From positions 178,436,001 through 178,500,000 of the forward strand of contig NC_042998.1 of assembly GCF_006345805.1 (NCBI RefSeq): a stretch of 64,000 nt of DNA, in the 5' to 3' direction. The translations under genes and the position numbers were made by a program. The notes under the pieces were generated by a model. It saw only the letters and a list, made by a program, of their open reading frames with translations, was not told where the DNA came from and searched no databases. This DNA is from Octopus sinensis (lineage: Eukaryota). Shown piece after piece: positions 42,217 through 56,289 of the stretch; the stretch's first letter is position 1; each line of letters starts with the position of its first letter.

Positions 42217-42575
42217 ATATGCCCCAACCAATTTTTTGACTGAAATGATTCTTGATTCTCTACCAACAACTGCTCCATCATCATCATCATCATCGTTTAA
42301 CGCTTGCTTTTCATGCTAGCATGGATTGGACGGTTCGACTGGAGTCTGGGAAGCCAGGAGGCTGCACCAGGCCCAGTCTGATCTGGCAATGTTTCTACAG
42401 CTGGATGCCCAGAAACACTGCCAGATCAGACTGGGCCTGATGCAGCCTCCTGGCTTCCCAGACCCCAGTCGAACCGTCCAATCCATGCTAGCATGGAACG
42501 CGGACGTTAAACGATGATGATGATGATGGAAGAGAATCAAGAATCACTTCAGTCAAAAAATTGGTTGGGGCATAT
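42217..42575. repeat. Fold-back inverted duplication of an RTE 3' tail plus its flank
   Basis: Arms ~42217-42396 and ~42411-42575 are reverse complements, including ~48 bp of non-RTE flank (atatgccccaaccaattttttgactgaa...). Confidence 0.92.
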
Positions 42576-42881
42576 ATTATTGAAGTTCAATGTACAAGAG
42601 TACAGGCAGGCAAATAAAAAAACATTAAGTACTAATCACAAGAATAAGATTAAGGAAGGACTATTATGTCGAGAGAATTACTTGTGAAAATTAAGTGAGA
42701 AAATATTAGAAAAAATGGAAAATAATGAAAACCAAGTGGGTTAGGAAGAGAGAGAAAGGAACTAAGGAGAGAATAACTGGCAAGAGATTAAAAGACACGC
42801 CCATTCAAAGAACTCCCGCACTGAATGTATGAAAATAAGTTACATGATGATGTTAATGAGGGTTAGAAGTGATATACTTAC

Positions 42882-43343
42882 TGAGTGGTGGAGTTGTTCC
42901 TTCCATCATACCATTTGCAGTTGCAGGAGTAGAAGCTGCCCGTGGCTTTGATATATGGTTGTTTTCAATGTCATTGACTATTAGAGGAGTTAGAGGAACA
43001 GAATGATCAAAATTAGGCTGGGATTCTGACTTGGGGTGGGGAGTGGATTCATGAGGATCGGATTTCTGTGATTGTTTATCACAAACGGTTTCCTCTTTTT
43101 GTAACTTAACAGGGGATATAATTTGCTCAGTCTCCACGCCTGATAATGATTTGTCTTTGGCTAAATCATTATTAGGATCAGTGGCTGGAAATGCTTTAGC
43201 TGGCTGTTCATTTGCCGGAGTAGTTTCTCTGCTTGCAGAGCCTATAGAACGATTAGAAGAGCGTTTTGAAGATCTTTCTAAGTAATCCCTTGACTGTGTC
43301 TCATTTTCTCCATTTACATCTTTTGCTTTACTTTGCTTTTGAC
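42882..43343 (-). CDS. Internal 462-nt coding exon of an unidentified gene (S/P/E/K/T-rich, likely disordered)
   Basis: Acceptor ttttattttcag|GT and donor CTCA|gtaagt; open frame throughout, phase 1-1: xQKQSKAKDVNGENETQSRDYLERSSKRSSNRS...TANGMMEGTTPPL. Confidence 0.8.
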
Positions 43344-44041
43344 CTGAAAATAAAATTGCATAGGACTGTTGTATTTATCTTTTTACAATTTAAAAAAAAT
43401 AACAATTTTAAACAGTTTATAACAGATCTTACATAACAATATCTTAATATAACTTTCCACTTACTTAAATTTATTTTTTTTTTGCAAAATTTATGGCATA
43501 AAAAAATAAGCATGAATAATTAAGGATAACAGAATCAAGCGTCTTATTCAAAAATCCATTGCATCAGCTGAAACAATGTAATTCCAGGAATCAATAGTCC
43601 CAGAGCTTTGCATAATTTAGCTATGATGCTACTCATTGCAGTGAAAAATAATTTTCACTTTCACTTGAAGCACCATTTCTTTGAAAATAATAGAATTCCA
43701 GGTAAAAACAAAGCTTTAACCTAAGGTGGGAAGCATATAAGAAATGTCTAAGTATCAGAGATGACTGACTGACAGAAACCAGGGAAAAGAAAAAGATTTC
43801 AGCTCTAAATAATTTTGGAATGATAACTGCAGATGAATGAGACTGTAAAACTTTACTTCGTTTATTGAAACCAATTAATTCAAACTTAATTATGTCAGTT
43901 TAAAAATATGTATTTCCATTGTGTTTTTTTTTTTTAATTTATGAGAAAGACAAAAATCAAAGAAACACTAGTTTAAGGTGTTAATCAGACTGGGAATCCT
44001 TTTAAACATGAATAACTCATTTAAGTGGGATCAGTGAATGA

Positions 44042-44190
44042 TGAAGGGAGGCTTATTTGCATTTAGTTAAGCTAGGTAGATTAATTTTTACCTCACGTGA
44101 GGAGAGTTACATGCATTTAGCTAAGCTAGGTAGATTCATTTAACCTTAAATGAAGAAGAGTTACTTGTATTTAGCTGAACTAGCAAGATT
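44042..44190. repeat. Diverged 54-bp tandem repeat (~2.7 copies)
   Basis: tgcatttag-taagctaggtagatt recurs at 44058, 44112 and (diverged) 44166. Confidence 0.8.
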
Positions 44191-46850
44191 AAATTAATAA
44201 CAAGCATATTTTATCTTAAATAAGTAGGAAATAACAGTTTATACCTTTCATATGAACATTAGTAATCTATGGAATATAGAAAGAGTGGTATAAGCAACTC
44301 AGAACTTGACTTTATTCTTTATCTGTTGTGATAAATGAATAAACACCAACTTTACAAATTTTTAATTTCTTAAATCAAATTTTTGCTCTTGTCCACAAAA
44401 TCAGTTTAATATTTGAGAAAAAATATCAGTGAATATTCTGGAAATTATTTGTACACAACTATATCAACACTTTGACTCTTTTGTACTTAACTCACTTCAT
44501 CCAATTATCTTCAGAAATTGTCCCTATGTTTTTGCAGTGCCAATTAAGAATAATTTTGGGAAAGATGCATAGCAAGTTATGACTCCAGAATGTAGAAAGC
44601 ACTGCTAATGGCCATTAGGAAATCTTAAAGAATTGCAGGCTTCAAATAGAAACTTTAAGCTTTTTCTTGGCTGACTCAGAATATTTTTTTAACTTTCAGA
44701 TGTTTTGCTTTCACCACCTTGCAGAGCACAGTACTTTAGCACCAACTTTTGGATCAACTTGCAGGGCAGAAGCTGTGCACTGTAAATGCTTCTTCACTAT
44801 CTCCACCACTACCACCATTGCTCCACAACCACTGCTGCTACTGCTGTTGCAGCTGCCACTACTGCCATAACCACCATCAAATTACATCATAGTAATTCCT
44901 AGTTTTTTGGTTTTAGACTTTTATTAAATACTCTTAACTTATTCAAACACAGAGTAAGTTTCCAAAGTTACATGAATTATCCTGCATTTTGGGGGATGCT
45001 ATTTGTTCTGGTTTATACAAAACTACCAAAACTTTTTAATTGTTATTTCTCCACTAAAAACAAAATGGCTAAATACTTGGAAAATCACTGAATACACTAG
45101 AACTTAGTTTCACTCAAAGATATTATACCTATCACCAAACACATCAAGATTCATCATTACTTAAGTAAGGCTCCTCTTTACTAAACAGACTTCTTTCAAT
45201 CAATTTTAGAAAATGTTCCTATTTTTATTTCAAAACATGTTTGTTCAATCCAAGGGAATATAAAACAATGAACATAAAAATTAACCTACTACACCAAATA
45301 AATAAGTATATGAATAAACAAGCACAAATGGCTTCTTCAGTTTTTGTAATGTTTCCTACTGTATGGAGCTTGGTTATATTTAATCTGAACTGACATACTT
45401 CTACTGAATGTGAGCAGTTGTTTTTCATTAAAAATTACTACATAATTTTATAATTTATAAACTGACATGAACTGATAACTGAGTTTTCCTACTTGAAGCC
45501 AAGGATTCTTGCAACTCCTCTTAAAAAGTTACAAATCTCAACTCTTGAAATATATCATTTGTGTATGCATAAGTGTATACTGTAATTTGGGTAAAAAAAT
45601 TGCTGTCTTAAGATTTATTCTAGAGTATGTAGTGCAATTACATGTATGAATTTCCAAATATAAAGCAACTTGTCAGGATGTAGTTATAAATATTTGTGTG
45701 CGTGTAGGTGTGTGTGTACAAGCACACATGCATGTGAGCATGTGTGTTCATATACAGGAATGGATAATTTAAATAATGTTGCTCAAAGAAACAAACAAGA
45801 TATCTTTTATACCTCATTGTAATAATTACATACTTTGAAAGAAAAACAAAAGAAAACAGAACAGAATTCTTCATAAGAAAAAAATAATTCCAGATGTTAA
45901 CAGAATATCATTTTATAATTGTACAGATAAATAAGGGTTTATAATATAAATTTAAGGTTTCTAATGCTTATACTGGTCAGTCTGTTTCTTCTATTATTCA
46001 AACTTATGGAATCAATTGGACTTTTTCCAAAACTCTGTGGAAGAGAGCCAAGTTTTGTTCAAGTACTGCCAGAAGTAACTAGTTTACACCTTTTTTGTGA
46101 TTGCTTTATTTTTATTACTTTTTTTAAATTTATAAAGAAAGACTTTATGTTACTTCAATACAACAGAAAATATGTGGCATGAAGCATTTGGAGAAGATTC
46201 AAAAATTTAAATTTACAGGACATAGGAATAAAATTGAAAGTTCTTAAGTAAATAAATAAAATAATTTAGCTTAATCAACTCAAGACAATGCCCCAACATG
46301 GCTTTAGCCATGGTGACTAATGCTAAAGAACTATCGACATATATTTTATCATTCCTTAGTAGTAAGTTCTATGTTGGAAGTGACAATTATAAAGAGATAC
46401 TACAGGTTACCTATTACCTATATAATGGTACTTAAAACGCTGCTATGATGCACTAAATACAATGAAACTATCATCATCTGCTAACTTGGTATACTGCCAG
46501 GTATGTTCTCATTATTACTATACATATGACTTGTAAAAGCAACATCTGGCTTGATGGAATTTATATTAAACTCCAAGTGTCATATGTGAAGTCTTGAAAC
46601 GAAAAAGAATTTATATTTGATTGTTTCAAATCTGCAGAAATGATTGATAAAACAAAAATATGAGAATATCAAGAAAAAGCCAAAATTAAATACAAACTTT
46701 TTCTCACACATAAATTATATTTATACACATGCACTATTTGTCCTGTGTGATATGAGCATATTATCCAAACTAACGTTTCATTCAATATCCACTTGTTTGA
46801 ATATATACTTCAGTAGACGGAGAATATTTATGTATATATATATATATATA

Positions 46851-47162
46851 TCACCGTGATCACCGTGACCGACCAGACTATCAGATGTTGCTACACATCG
46901 CTGGTCACAATGCGCTTCGCATTGTTTTAGCCTTTAAATAACGCCACCCCGCTGGCTAAGCGAGCAGGCCAACAGAAGAAAGAGTGAGAGAAAGTTGTGG
47001 CGAAAGAGTACGGCAGGGTTCGCCACCACCCCCTGCCGGAGCCTCATGGAGCTTTAGGTGTTTTCGCTCAATAAACACTCACAACGCCCGGTCTGGGAAT
47101 CGAAACCGCGATCCTCTGACCGCGAGTCCGCTATCCTAACCACTGGGTCATTGCGCCTCCAC
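46851..47162 (-). mobile_element. tRNA-derived SINE, family E (family D-type head, different tail), in (TA)n
   Basis: Shares the head and gagtgagagaaagttgtggcgaaagagt with family D. The 3' part differs and ends in a TCACGGTGA repeat. Confidence 0.85.
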
Positions 47163-47175
47163 ATATATATATATA

Positions 47176-47940
47176 TGAGGGTGAGTCATCAACTATCTGC
47201 AATGCACATACATTTGTTTCTTGTGAGAAAACTAGTCTTTGTGATGCAAGTTTAAACTTGAAACATCAATTAAATTGTTGTTATTGCCCATTAAGCACAG
47301 TTACTTCTTTTTCTGCTAGCTCTCAAGAAGCGCAACATTCATTAATCCTGTAGGATGAAAGTGTATCACTGGCAGAAATCCATTGAAGTGTGTAGAAATA
47401 GTGCTTTGCCATGACAAATTGTGTACAAATAGACTGAAAAGTTCAAAAATTGATCACTGGTGATCCTCTTCTTCAGTGCATCAAAAAGTGGAATGGCCAT
47501 GGTTAATGTAATAATAAGCTTAATTAACAACTCAAGTTCAAATCTGCACAGTAGTGACTAGAAAGAAACCATGACTAGTAATCCTCCTGCCAATAGGAAA
47601 AAGTGCATAAGTGATTGTGGATTATAAATGACTCACCCTCATATAAATGAAATTTTGCAAGCATGGAAAAATGGACATTAAATGATGACGATATGTGCAT
47701 ATTTACATGTATGTCTATGTGTGTATATATGAGGGGGTGTTGAAAAGTGCCTGGCTTTAGATAAATGAAAACACAAGAGGATCAGTTAATTATGATTTTA
47801 TCCAACATATTCCCCTCTAAGATTCACACACTTACTGCACTGGTCCTTCAGTTTTTCTAAGTCCTGTAAAACAACTCAGACAGTTGGACCTCCAACCAAG
47901 CCTTTAGCAATACCCTTAAAACTTTTCAGGAACTTTGCAG
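47176..47940. mobile_element. Two mariner-like end remnants
   Basis: ta-tgagggtgagtca at ~47174 and ta-tgagggggtgttgaaaagt at ~47728 resemble mariner TIR starts; no intact ORF. Confidence 0.4.
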
Positions 47941-50900
47941 TACATGTTATATATAACATGTTAAAGGCACCTTTTTGCATTTTGAAATCACAAATATATA
48001 CTACATAAACATTATCAAACTTACAAAGTGTTTTGACAACTATGGGTGGTACTTTTCCATTCTTTCAAACAAAAAAAAAAATACATGGAAGATACACATA
48101 TATACAAATACATACGAAGAAGACATACATATACAAGAAATCACACACACACACACACACACACATACATAAGCAAACACACATGCACAGAATGTTTCAG
48201 CTGCTTTAAGACATTTGAAAAGTTGAAAATAAGCAAATAAAAATTAGAGGCATTGTTTTGCCATAGAATTTTCTGTTACACTGGAACTGTCAGTTCCAGA
48301 GAAGAGATTACTACTACTAGTGTTCTACTATATCACTGATATAGAAAATCAAATCGTTGACCTATAAAACTCAGCCTCATTTCTGAAGAATATTTTCACA
48401 GAAGAAATCACATCTATCTGGTTGCATATTTTAACAAGATACAGATATCAGTTTGTATTTATTTATTTACCAAAGTATGGAAGCCTCTACATGGGTTGTT
48501 CGAACCACATGAAACACCAGCCAAATGTACCTCGAATTTCATTGTACAATGTACAGAAAAACAAATGTTTAAAAATGACCAAATGAAGGCAGAAAGATCT
48601 AATTAAGAAAAGACAGTATTTAATACTTTCTAAATAAAATGGGTTGGAATATCTTTGATCATAGATATACTCAATCAGAACTGACCTGAGGTCAAACAAC
48701 AACATTTACTATGTTGAATTCCAGCACAATAAGCAACAGATTCAAGTCTAGGTTGTCAGAATGCAAATTTTCTAGACGTTAGGTAATTTCCATTCTTTTC
48801 ATTTTATTTTGTGCCAGTATTGTTAGTGCTATTGTGCTCCAAAATCATATATTTTAACAAATTAACTAATGGTGTCTGATATCTAAAGTAGCTGACATTT
48901 GCAATGTCTTTTATTACTGTAGACAAGAAAAGAAAACCTTGTAAGTCCAAACAGTCGTTAATGGAACACCTATACATGGCTGAAAAAAGCATTCTCTTTA
49001 TAATCCTTGCTAGTCAAGACAAAACTCACACTACCTCTATTACCAATTCCCCTTAAAATCACACCCTGCTATCTTAATTTAGGAAAGACATGGGAAAATG
49101 TAGTACTACATATACACACACATATGTTTCTGCCAATAATAATGATTGCTAGCATAGGAAGAAGGTTACAAATTTGGGGATAAGAGTTTAACCAATTAGA
49201 TATCAAAACCAGTACCTGATCGGTATTCATTTCATCAATTCCAGAAGAATAAATTGCAAAACTGACACTGGCACATTTGAACTCAGAACTGAGAGAGACC
49301 TAACTAAATCATGCATGGTATTACATCTGTTAATTGACTGATTTTTGCCATTCACTAACCCTTTTATAATATTAATTTCTTTCACTAATACAAGACCACA
49401 TATTTGGAGAGGGATGTACTGATTAAATCATCTCAAACAGTACCTCATAGGTAGAGCCTAAAGGCATGTCAAAGTTGGCCCAGGCAGAATATAACTACAT
49501 ACCGCATGGCATTTTCTTCAAACAAAGCATGAAGCTCTATAATTTTTAAAGGAGAAGGCTACTCAAGATAAGATCAAGAAATCAAATACCCACAACCACA
49601 CTCCCCTCTGAATGTATACAGTCTTCCAGCTCCAACCATTGATGGGTTTGCTCTTCATTTAATCCATACCGAATTCATCACTTTTCATCCAACTTTCATT
49701 AAATTTGCTAGAGTGAAAAGCTTTTTTTACCTACTCTGACCTTAAACCCCCAAGTGATACTTTATTAAGTGATGAGCAATTCACGAGAAAGATAATAAAG
49801 AATTTTCTTCCAAGCCTTTTCTGTTTGAGCTTATTAGCCAAAACAAATAGAAAATTGGTCTGAAACTCTTAGTCCTAGGAAGACAGCAGTATGGCCTTCA
49901 CGGTAAACTCAGTTTGTTTTTCTTTTTTGTCACAATTAAATCAATCCCTGTACTTGACTGGTATTTATTTTAGAAGCCAGAGAAGGATGAACAGCAAAGT
50001 TAACTTCTCACTACAACTGTAGAAGAGCTTGAACCAATGAAGGTGTCTCTACAAAGTCACTTGATTTGCTATGAGTATCAGCCAAATACTTCCATGAAAT
50101 ACTTAAAAAGTGAAGGACACATTGGTGAGTGCAGTCCTAGATGAACGAAAAGACAGGTAGGTCACAGCTGAAATGCCTTTGATAACAAGTCTACCTAAGC
50201 AGTTCTTAAATGAAAATACTGTCTGAACATTAGTGGCAGACAGAATGACAAAAACATGTAGGCAATAATAATTACTGAAGTAATTACTTTATGCACACAC
50301 ACACATAGATGAAACAAACAGGAGCAAACACCAAATATCAGAACTATTAATATCAGAGGTTATTGTCAATCAGTGATTAATTCAACTGACTTCAAGTAAG
50401 AAGGGGCAATGAAAGTTGTGAGATACGTATCTTCCTCAAGAACAGTATTGATGTAGCCAGAAAGAAAAATTGTGTCCTACACTTAGTTTAGCAAAAGAGC
50501 CTACATAAATATTCAGTCTCATGGATGTAAGCATGGCTGTGTAGATGGATTCAGGTATGACTGAGCTTCAGACAAAAAAACTAATGAAACCATTGCTTTT
50601 GAACAAAAACGCCTAGAGGTATTTAGTCCATCCAAGCAAGACATTTTCTTGCCCTTTCCACCATCAGAAATTCAGTGAAAACCAGAGTCTGCCTTGTTGG
50701 AAACTAATAATCAACAATGCTTATTGTTCACAAAATATGGTATAAATAATTGATATAAAGATATCCAGCATCAAAGTCTGCTTTCTTTATTTGATATTGA
50801 GCACAATAGACAGTATTTATCAGTGGCTGGGAGGTTGTAATGAAGTTCATAAAAGGGTTAAATGGAAGATATTTCTTAAATATCTCAAGCAAGAGTGGTG

Positions 50901-52182
50901 TACATGCAATATCTTGGCCAGAGTCTAGAATAAAATCCAAGTTACAGACTTAATTTTTCAAGACCTTATTTTCATCTAGCACTAGAAAAATTATCTATAA
51001 CTAATTTTGTGTCTTATGTTTTGGAAAATGTAAACTCTTAAGAGTCTTGCGATTTTTGTAACATGGATATGTGAAAAGAAGTTTGCATTGCAGCCACATG
51101 GTTCCAGATTCCATTTCTATGCCTTGGACTGACTAACAGATTGACTAATGTCTCTTGTGGGTGACATTTAGTACGCAGATACTGGGCTACATGATTTTTC
51201 ATGTTGGCATGAGTTGGATAGGTTATTTGCATGCACAGGCATGGTGTGTGTGTGTATGGGGGTTTGTATTTATATATTCCAATGTAAATACTTCTTGTTA
51301 TTAAATGCCTGTAAAATGAATGTAACTCAGATCAACTTAGCTATTCAATAAATAGATATTGATAAAAAGAGCACCAGATTACTAAGGTTGAGAAACTTAA
51401 CTAAAAGCCCTTGAAGACAGTTAATTCCCTAGTGTGGCCAATGATTGAAACAAGTAAAACTTGCTATAATCCATCTTCATTAAAAGCACTGTACCACATC
51501 AGCTATGATTTCGTTTTTCAGCTGTGTTATTAAAGTGCAAGATTACTGAACATATGGTTACAGTGCTTAAACATGACTAGTACAGTCATTATGTATCTCT
51601 TGGGCAAGGAGTATAATATTGTTTATTCCAGCTGTCCAACAGAAAAAGCCAAGTCCCACATCTACTTTATGGTGTAGTTAGAATTAGAAAGAGAATTTTG
51701 TTATTATTTTACATCCATTTTTTCCATACTATGATGATGAACAGCTGGGTTATTTTTATTGAAGCATTTTATTTTTTATTATATACCCTTTTATTTTTAC
51801 ACAGCCAGAAGTTCCTTACATCCCAATCATTCAACTATGAAATGGGATTGGGCTCTATTTATGACACTCACATAAACTAGAGCATAAAAAACTTTGTGCC
51901 TTATTCAGGGGCACACTGCACAGGCCCTGACAATATATAGTATATAGCCTTGACAGAACAACCATTGAAACCATTATGAGAACCAACCCACTTCTTGCAT
52001 TGAAAGAATGGAATATTTTTAAAAGTTAGTCAGTAAAGGAGGGGCAGTGACATCAGGACACTCTCTCAAATTGACAAGACTGATGCAGCTGATATCCAGC
52101 ATTAACATCTGCAAAATAAACATGAACAAAGAGAAAATGAGGGGAGTGTCTGGAGTGATGGATTGCAACAGACTAAACACTA

Positions 52183-52591
52183 TTAACCTTTTAGCATTTA
52201 AACTGGCCGCCATATCTGGCCCAAATATTTTAGCTGGGTTGTGCTCAAACCAGCCAGATCTGGCCTCTCACACCTATTCCATAATGTCATTCTAAAAATA
52301 AACAATCATATCGTTGAAATTTCAAAGCTATGAGATAATACATTATTGATTCAAAACACTTTTGCATTTGACATCATCATCATCATCATCATTTAGCGTC
52401 CGCTTTCCATGCTAGCTTGGGTTGGACGGTTCAACTGGGGTCTGTGAAGCCAGAAGGCTCCATCAGGCCCAGTCTGATCTGGCAGTGTTTCTATGGCTGG
52501 ATGCCCTTCCTAACACCAACCACTCCGTGAGTGTAGTGGGTGCTTTTACGTGCCACCTGCACAGGTGCCAATAAAAATGCTAAAGGGTTAA
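52183..52591. mobile_element. piggyBac-like MITE interrupted by an RTE 3' tail
   Basis: TTAA-CCTTTTAGCATTT ... AAATGCTAAAGGG-TTAA ends; RTE tail on the minus strand at ~52371-52570. Confidence 0.75.
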
Positions 52592-52887
52592 ACAAACCCA
52601 AAAACCAGGCGATGATGTAAAAAAAATTATAAAAGGAAGTAGTCCCTTCACCAAAGACATAAAACAACTATTTTGTCAAAGACATTTCCACTTAATTGCT
52701 TATTATATCCCAATTCCAAAACTTATCTGCTTTTACCAATAAAAAAATCACTTAATTAACTAAACTGCTACTGGGCTGAGTGCTAATTCTTAAGAATACA
52801 TTCAAGGAACATAAACAAAGTGGTCATGGAGGACAAACACAAAAACACATACACACACATTCGCACGCACACACATTTGCACACACA

Positions 52888-52919
<32 letters not shown>

Positions 52920-52929
52920 TACACAAACA

Positions 52930-53075
52930 CACACTGGCCTTCTTTCAGTTTCTATCTATCAAATCCACTCAACCTAGAGCTATAGTGGAAGACACTTGCT
53001 CAAGTGCCATGCAGTGAAAATGAACCAGGAACCATGTGATTGGGAAGTAAGCCTCTTACCACACAGCCATGCCTG
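52930..53075 (-). mobile_element. SINE family A, 5' portion
   Basis: ttctttcagttt...gaagacacttgc...accacacagccatgcc. Confidence 0.75.
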
Positions 53076-53356
53076 TTCAGAATCAGCATAAGCTGTCTTC
53101 CTATTTCTTTTGGGAAGGGGGTGGGGGCTTAAATATGACCCAGTAATGCAACTGAACTAATTCAGTGGATTATATTCAATCCTTGTTAATTATTTTATGA
53201 AAGGATTAGTGTGATATTGTGATGTGGTAGGAAGTTCTCTACAAATGAAAATCAGTTCTACCTAGGAATCAAGACATGTTGGTAATGTGAATAAGAAGGT
53301 TACAGATTTCACCATTTCTTAATTCCTCTCTTCAAACTTCAGTCTTTACTCATTTG

Positions 53357-53387
<31 letters not shown>

Positions 53388-54210
53388 CATCGGACGTTAA
53401 ACGATGATCAGATATATAACCACTAACAACAATGAATATCACAAAATGTTTTCTCTATGCAAGTTAAAAAGAGGTAAAAAGCTATAATATAGAATAAGAA
53501 ATAAATTGTTGAAGATATAATATAAATGCTAACTCATGCAAATATAATAAAACAAAAACAAAAGAAATGAGGGTAGCTACAAAAAAAAATAATGGTCCCC
53601 TAAAGATATATATTTTAAAAAAGAAAATATACACATTCCTGTCAGTGCCTGGAGTGTAAAATTCTTATCTGTTGTATGAATCCTTGTAGGCCACCTAATC
53701 TCAAAGACTACCTCCCTATTCCATTGCTTGAAAGAACATTCCTGGCACATTCAACATAGACACAGTTTATATATTTATTTGTTCACGTGAAGAACTTCTT
53801 CACTGTCAGTAATATCAGCAAGGATTTACCAAACTAATAAGTCATCTTATTTACTAGATCAGCAGTTCCAGTGCTTTCAAGACTCAAGTAATTCTCTAAG
53901 GGATTGGAGTTTGTTTACCATTTATATTAAACACTGACAGATCATGATCTTTTTTTCCCCACCCCACAGAATAATTCGTTTGTACAATATTTGAAGGAGA
54001 GGTTCTACACTTAAATGATAACTATTTATTTAGACTATCACAACACAACATAATTTTCTGAAATACTTATCACTTAGCCAAATTTTTTTTCACATTTCAT
54101 TTGTTTTTACTTGTTCTTTTATTAATTAACTTAAAAAGGACGGGTATTGCCCTTAAGCCTGTCATATCCTTCTAAACCAGATCAGGGAATGTAAAGATGT
54201 TTGAATGAAA

Positions 54211-54439
54211 TTAACCCTTTTGATACTAACCTGCCCCAAGACCACCCCTAGGTCTATGGTACAAACTCCATTTTAAAATTATCTAAATTAAAAACCTCAA
54301 TCAAAATTTCCTGTTAATTTCTATTCCAAACACCAGCTTAAAAATGACTAAGCTATTTTACTAAATTCTTCATCATTTTCAAAATCAATTGAAATGAAGA
54401 CAGTCTGTTTCAACAGAAGTATGGTAATGAACAGGTTAA
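54211..54439. mobile_element. Decayed piggyBac-like MITE
   Basis: TTAACCCTTTTGATAC ... GTAATGAACAGGTTAA imperfect TIRs with TTAA at both ends. Confidence 0.55.
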
Positions 54440-55271
54440 TGTTCATCTTGATCTCTTATCAATAAATTGCTGAAGGGAAAACATGACCAAGGAGATCTAT
54501 ATGATTAAAGCTCTGGAGAATGATTGGAAAAGCCTTTTCTATGCAGTTTAGAAGAATAAGAAACAACATGAATGAGAGAGTTTTACTGCATTCAGTGGAG
54601 TCTGCATACAATCAACAAATTTATTTTCCACCAATTGCCAAAATAATGACCAGTCCTAATTATGGAATTCCAGACATCCATTTCATAAACTGAAGCCAAA
54701 AATAATAAAGATGAAAGAATGAGAGAGAATTTCTCATCACCTGAAATCAATATTTTAATAATGATTCTTTCAAAAATAGGAAAAAGCCTATTTTAATAAG
54801 ATAATTAGAATTGGCCCCTTGAATAAAATAGGTAATTATTTCAGTAACACAAGCAGATTCCAATTAAAGACTGTAAAGTGTGTAAGAGAACTTAGCAGAA
54901 CACTCGGACTCCTGCAATCATAATTATTATCTTTTATTTTATTTTTTTGTTTCTGGCCAGGTGAAGAGAGGAAGAATAATTGATTAAATCAACCTTAGTA
55001 TATATCTTGATACTTTAGTGGTGGTGCAAGGCAAACACAAATACAACAGCTATGAACATGTTAATTACTGTAAGGGCTTCCCAGTCTTTTTCTATGAATG
55101 AGATTTCTACTTTGCTTTGTTTGCCCAAGCTATAAGACACTTTATCCACCTTTTATTACTGGCACTTGTACATAATGACTTTTAAAAAAAAGCAAAACTA
55201 AATTAACCCAGTAGTATTTGAACACTGAAGTGTTATGTTTTGAATTAAATAGTAAAGCATTATAAAAACTA

Positions 55272-55304
<33 letters not shown>

Positions 55305-55321
55305 TAGTAGTGGTGGTGGTG

Positions 55322-55365
<44 letters not shown>

Positions 55366-55391
55366 TAGTAGTTGTAGTAGTAGTAGTAGTA
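55272..55391. repeat. (TAG)n/(TGG)n compound microsatellite
   Basis: Seen directly; explains the poly-Thr ORF. Confidence 0.95.
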
Positions 55392-55629
55392 ATACCACCA
55401 AACTACATACACTCACAACCTTTTCCCTCCTCTAGCACACACATACACATCAGCACCCACACGAACAAATAATCGTCAGATAAAGAAGATATATACATGA
55501 ATGTGTATATTTCTGGGAATGGTGCCAGAACTTGAGATTTATCATAAACATCTAATATGGAAATTTAAACACAAACACACAACACAGAGATAAAAATCAA
55601 AAGATAATATAAAAAAAAAAAGAAATAAT

Positions 55630-56080
55630 AATGGTTTCTAATTTCAGCACAAATCTAGCAAATGTAAAGCGAGAGAGTTAGTTGATTAAATCAAATCTCA
55701 GTATTGAACTAATATGTTATTTTATTGACCGCCAAAAAGATTCAAAAAAAAACAAAGTTGACCTTGGCATGATTTGAACCAAGAGAGCCAGAACAAATAC
55801 CAGAAGGTATTTTGTCCAACACTCTACAAACTCTGTCAGTCTACCTCCTACAAGAACAACCATTATTAATAATAGTTATTCTTAACATAGGCACAAGGCA
55901 AGCACATTTTGAGGGAAGGGATTAACTGAGTACATTGACACATGTACTTTATTAATACCTAATTGTATCAACCCTGGAGGAATGAAAGGCAAAGTTGATC
56001 TTGGTAAGATTTGAACTTCAAACATAAAGAGGACATAACAGAAGGCATTTTGTCAAACACTCTACCAATTCACAGCCTAA
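55630..56080 (-). mobile_element. Two decayed family B SINEs in tandem
   Basis: aaagttgaccttggc...gatttgaac and gaaaggcaaagttgatcttgg...gatttgaact segments. Confidence 0.6.
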
Positions 56081-56289
56081 CAACAGCGGCAGCAGCAATG
56101 TTTTCTTTTATTTGCCACATGAAGGGGTCAATACATGAACAGGTTACAGGAAGTGAAAGGTACTATTAACACCCATCTCACCTGTGGCACTCATGCCCCA
56201 CCAGTGGGGTGTGGGTTACTTCAGAATGGGACATAAGTAACTGGGGCATAAAGCTAAAACTAAAATTCCAATTAGAACTTCTGTATATC

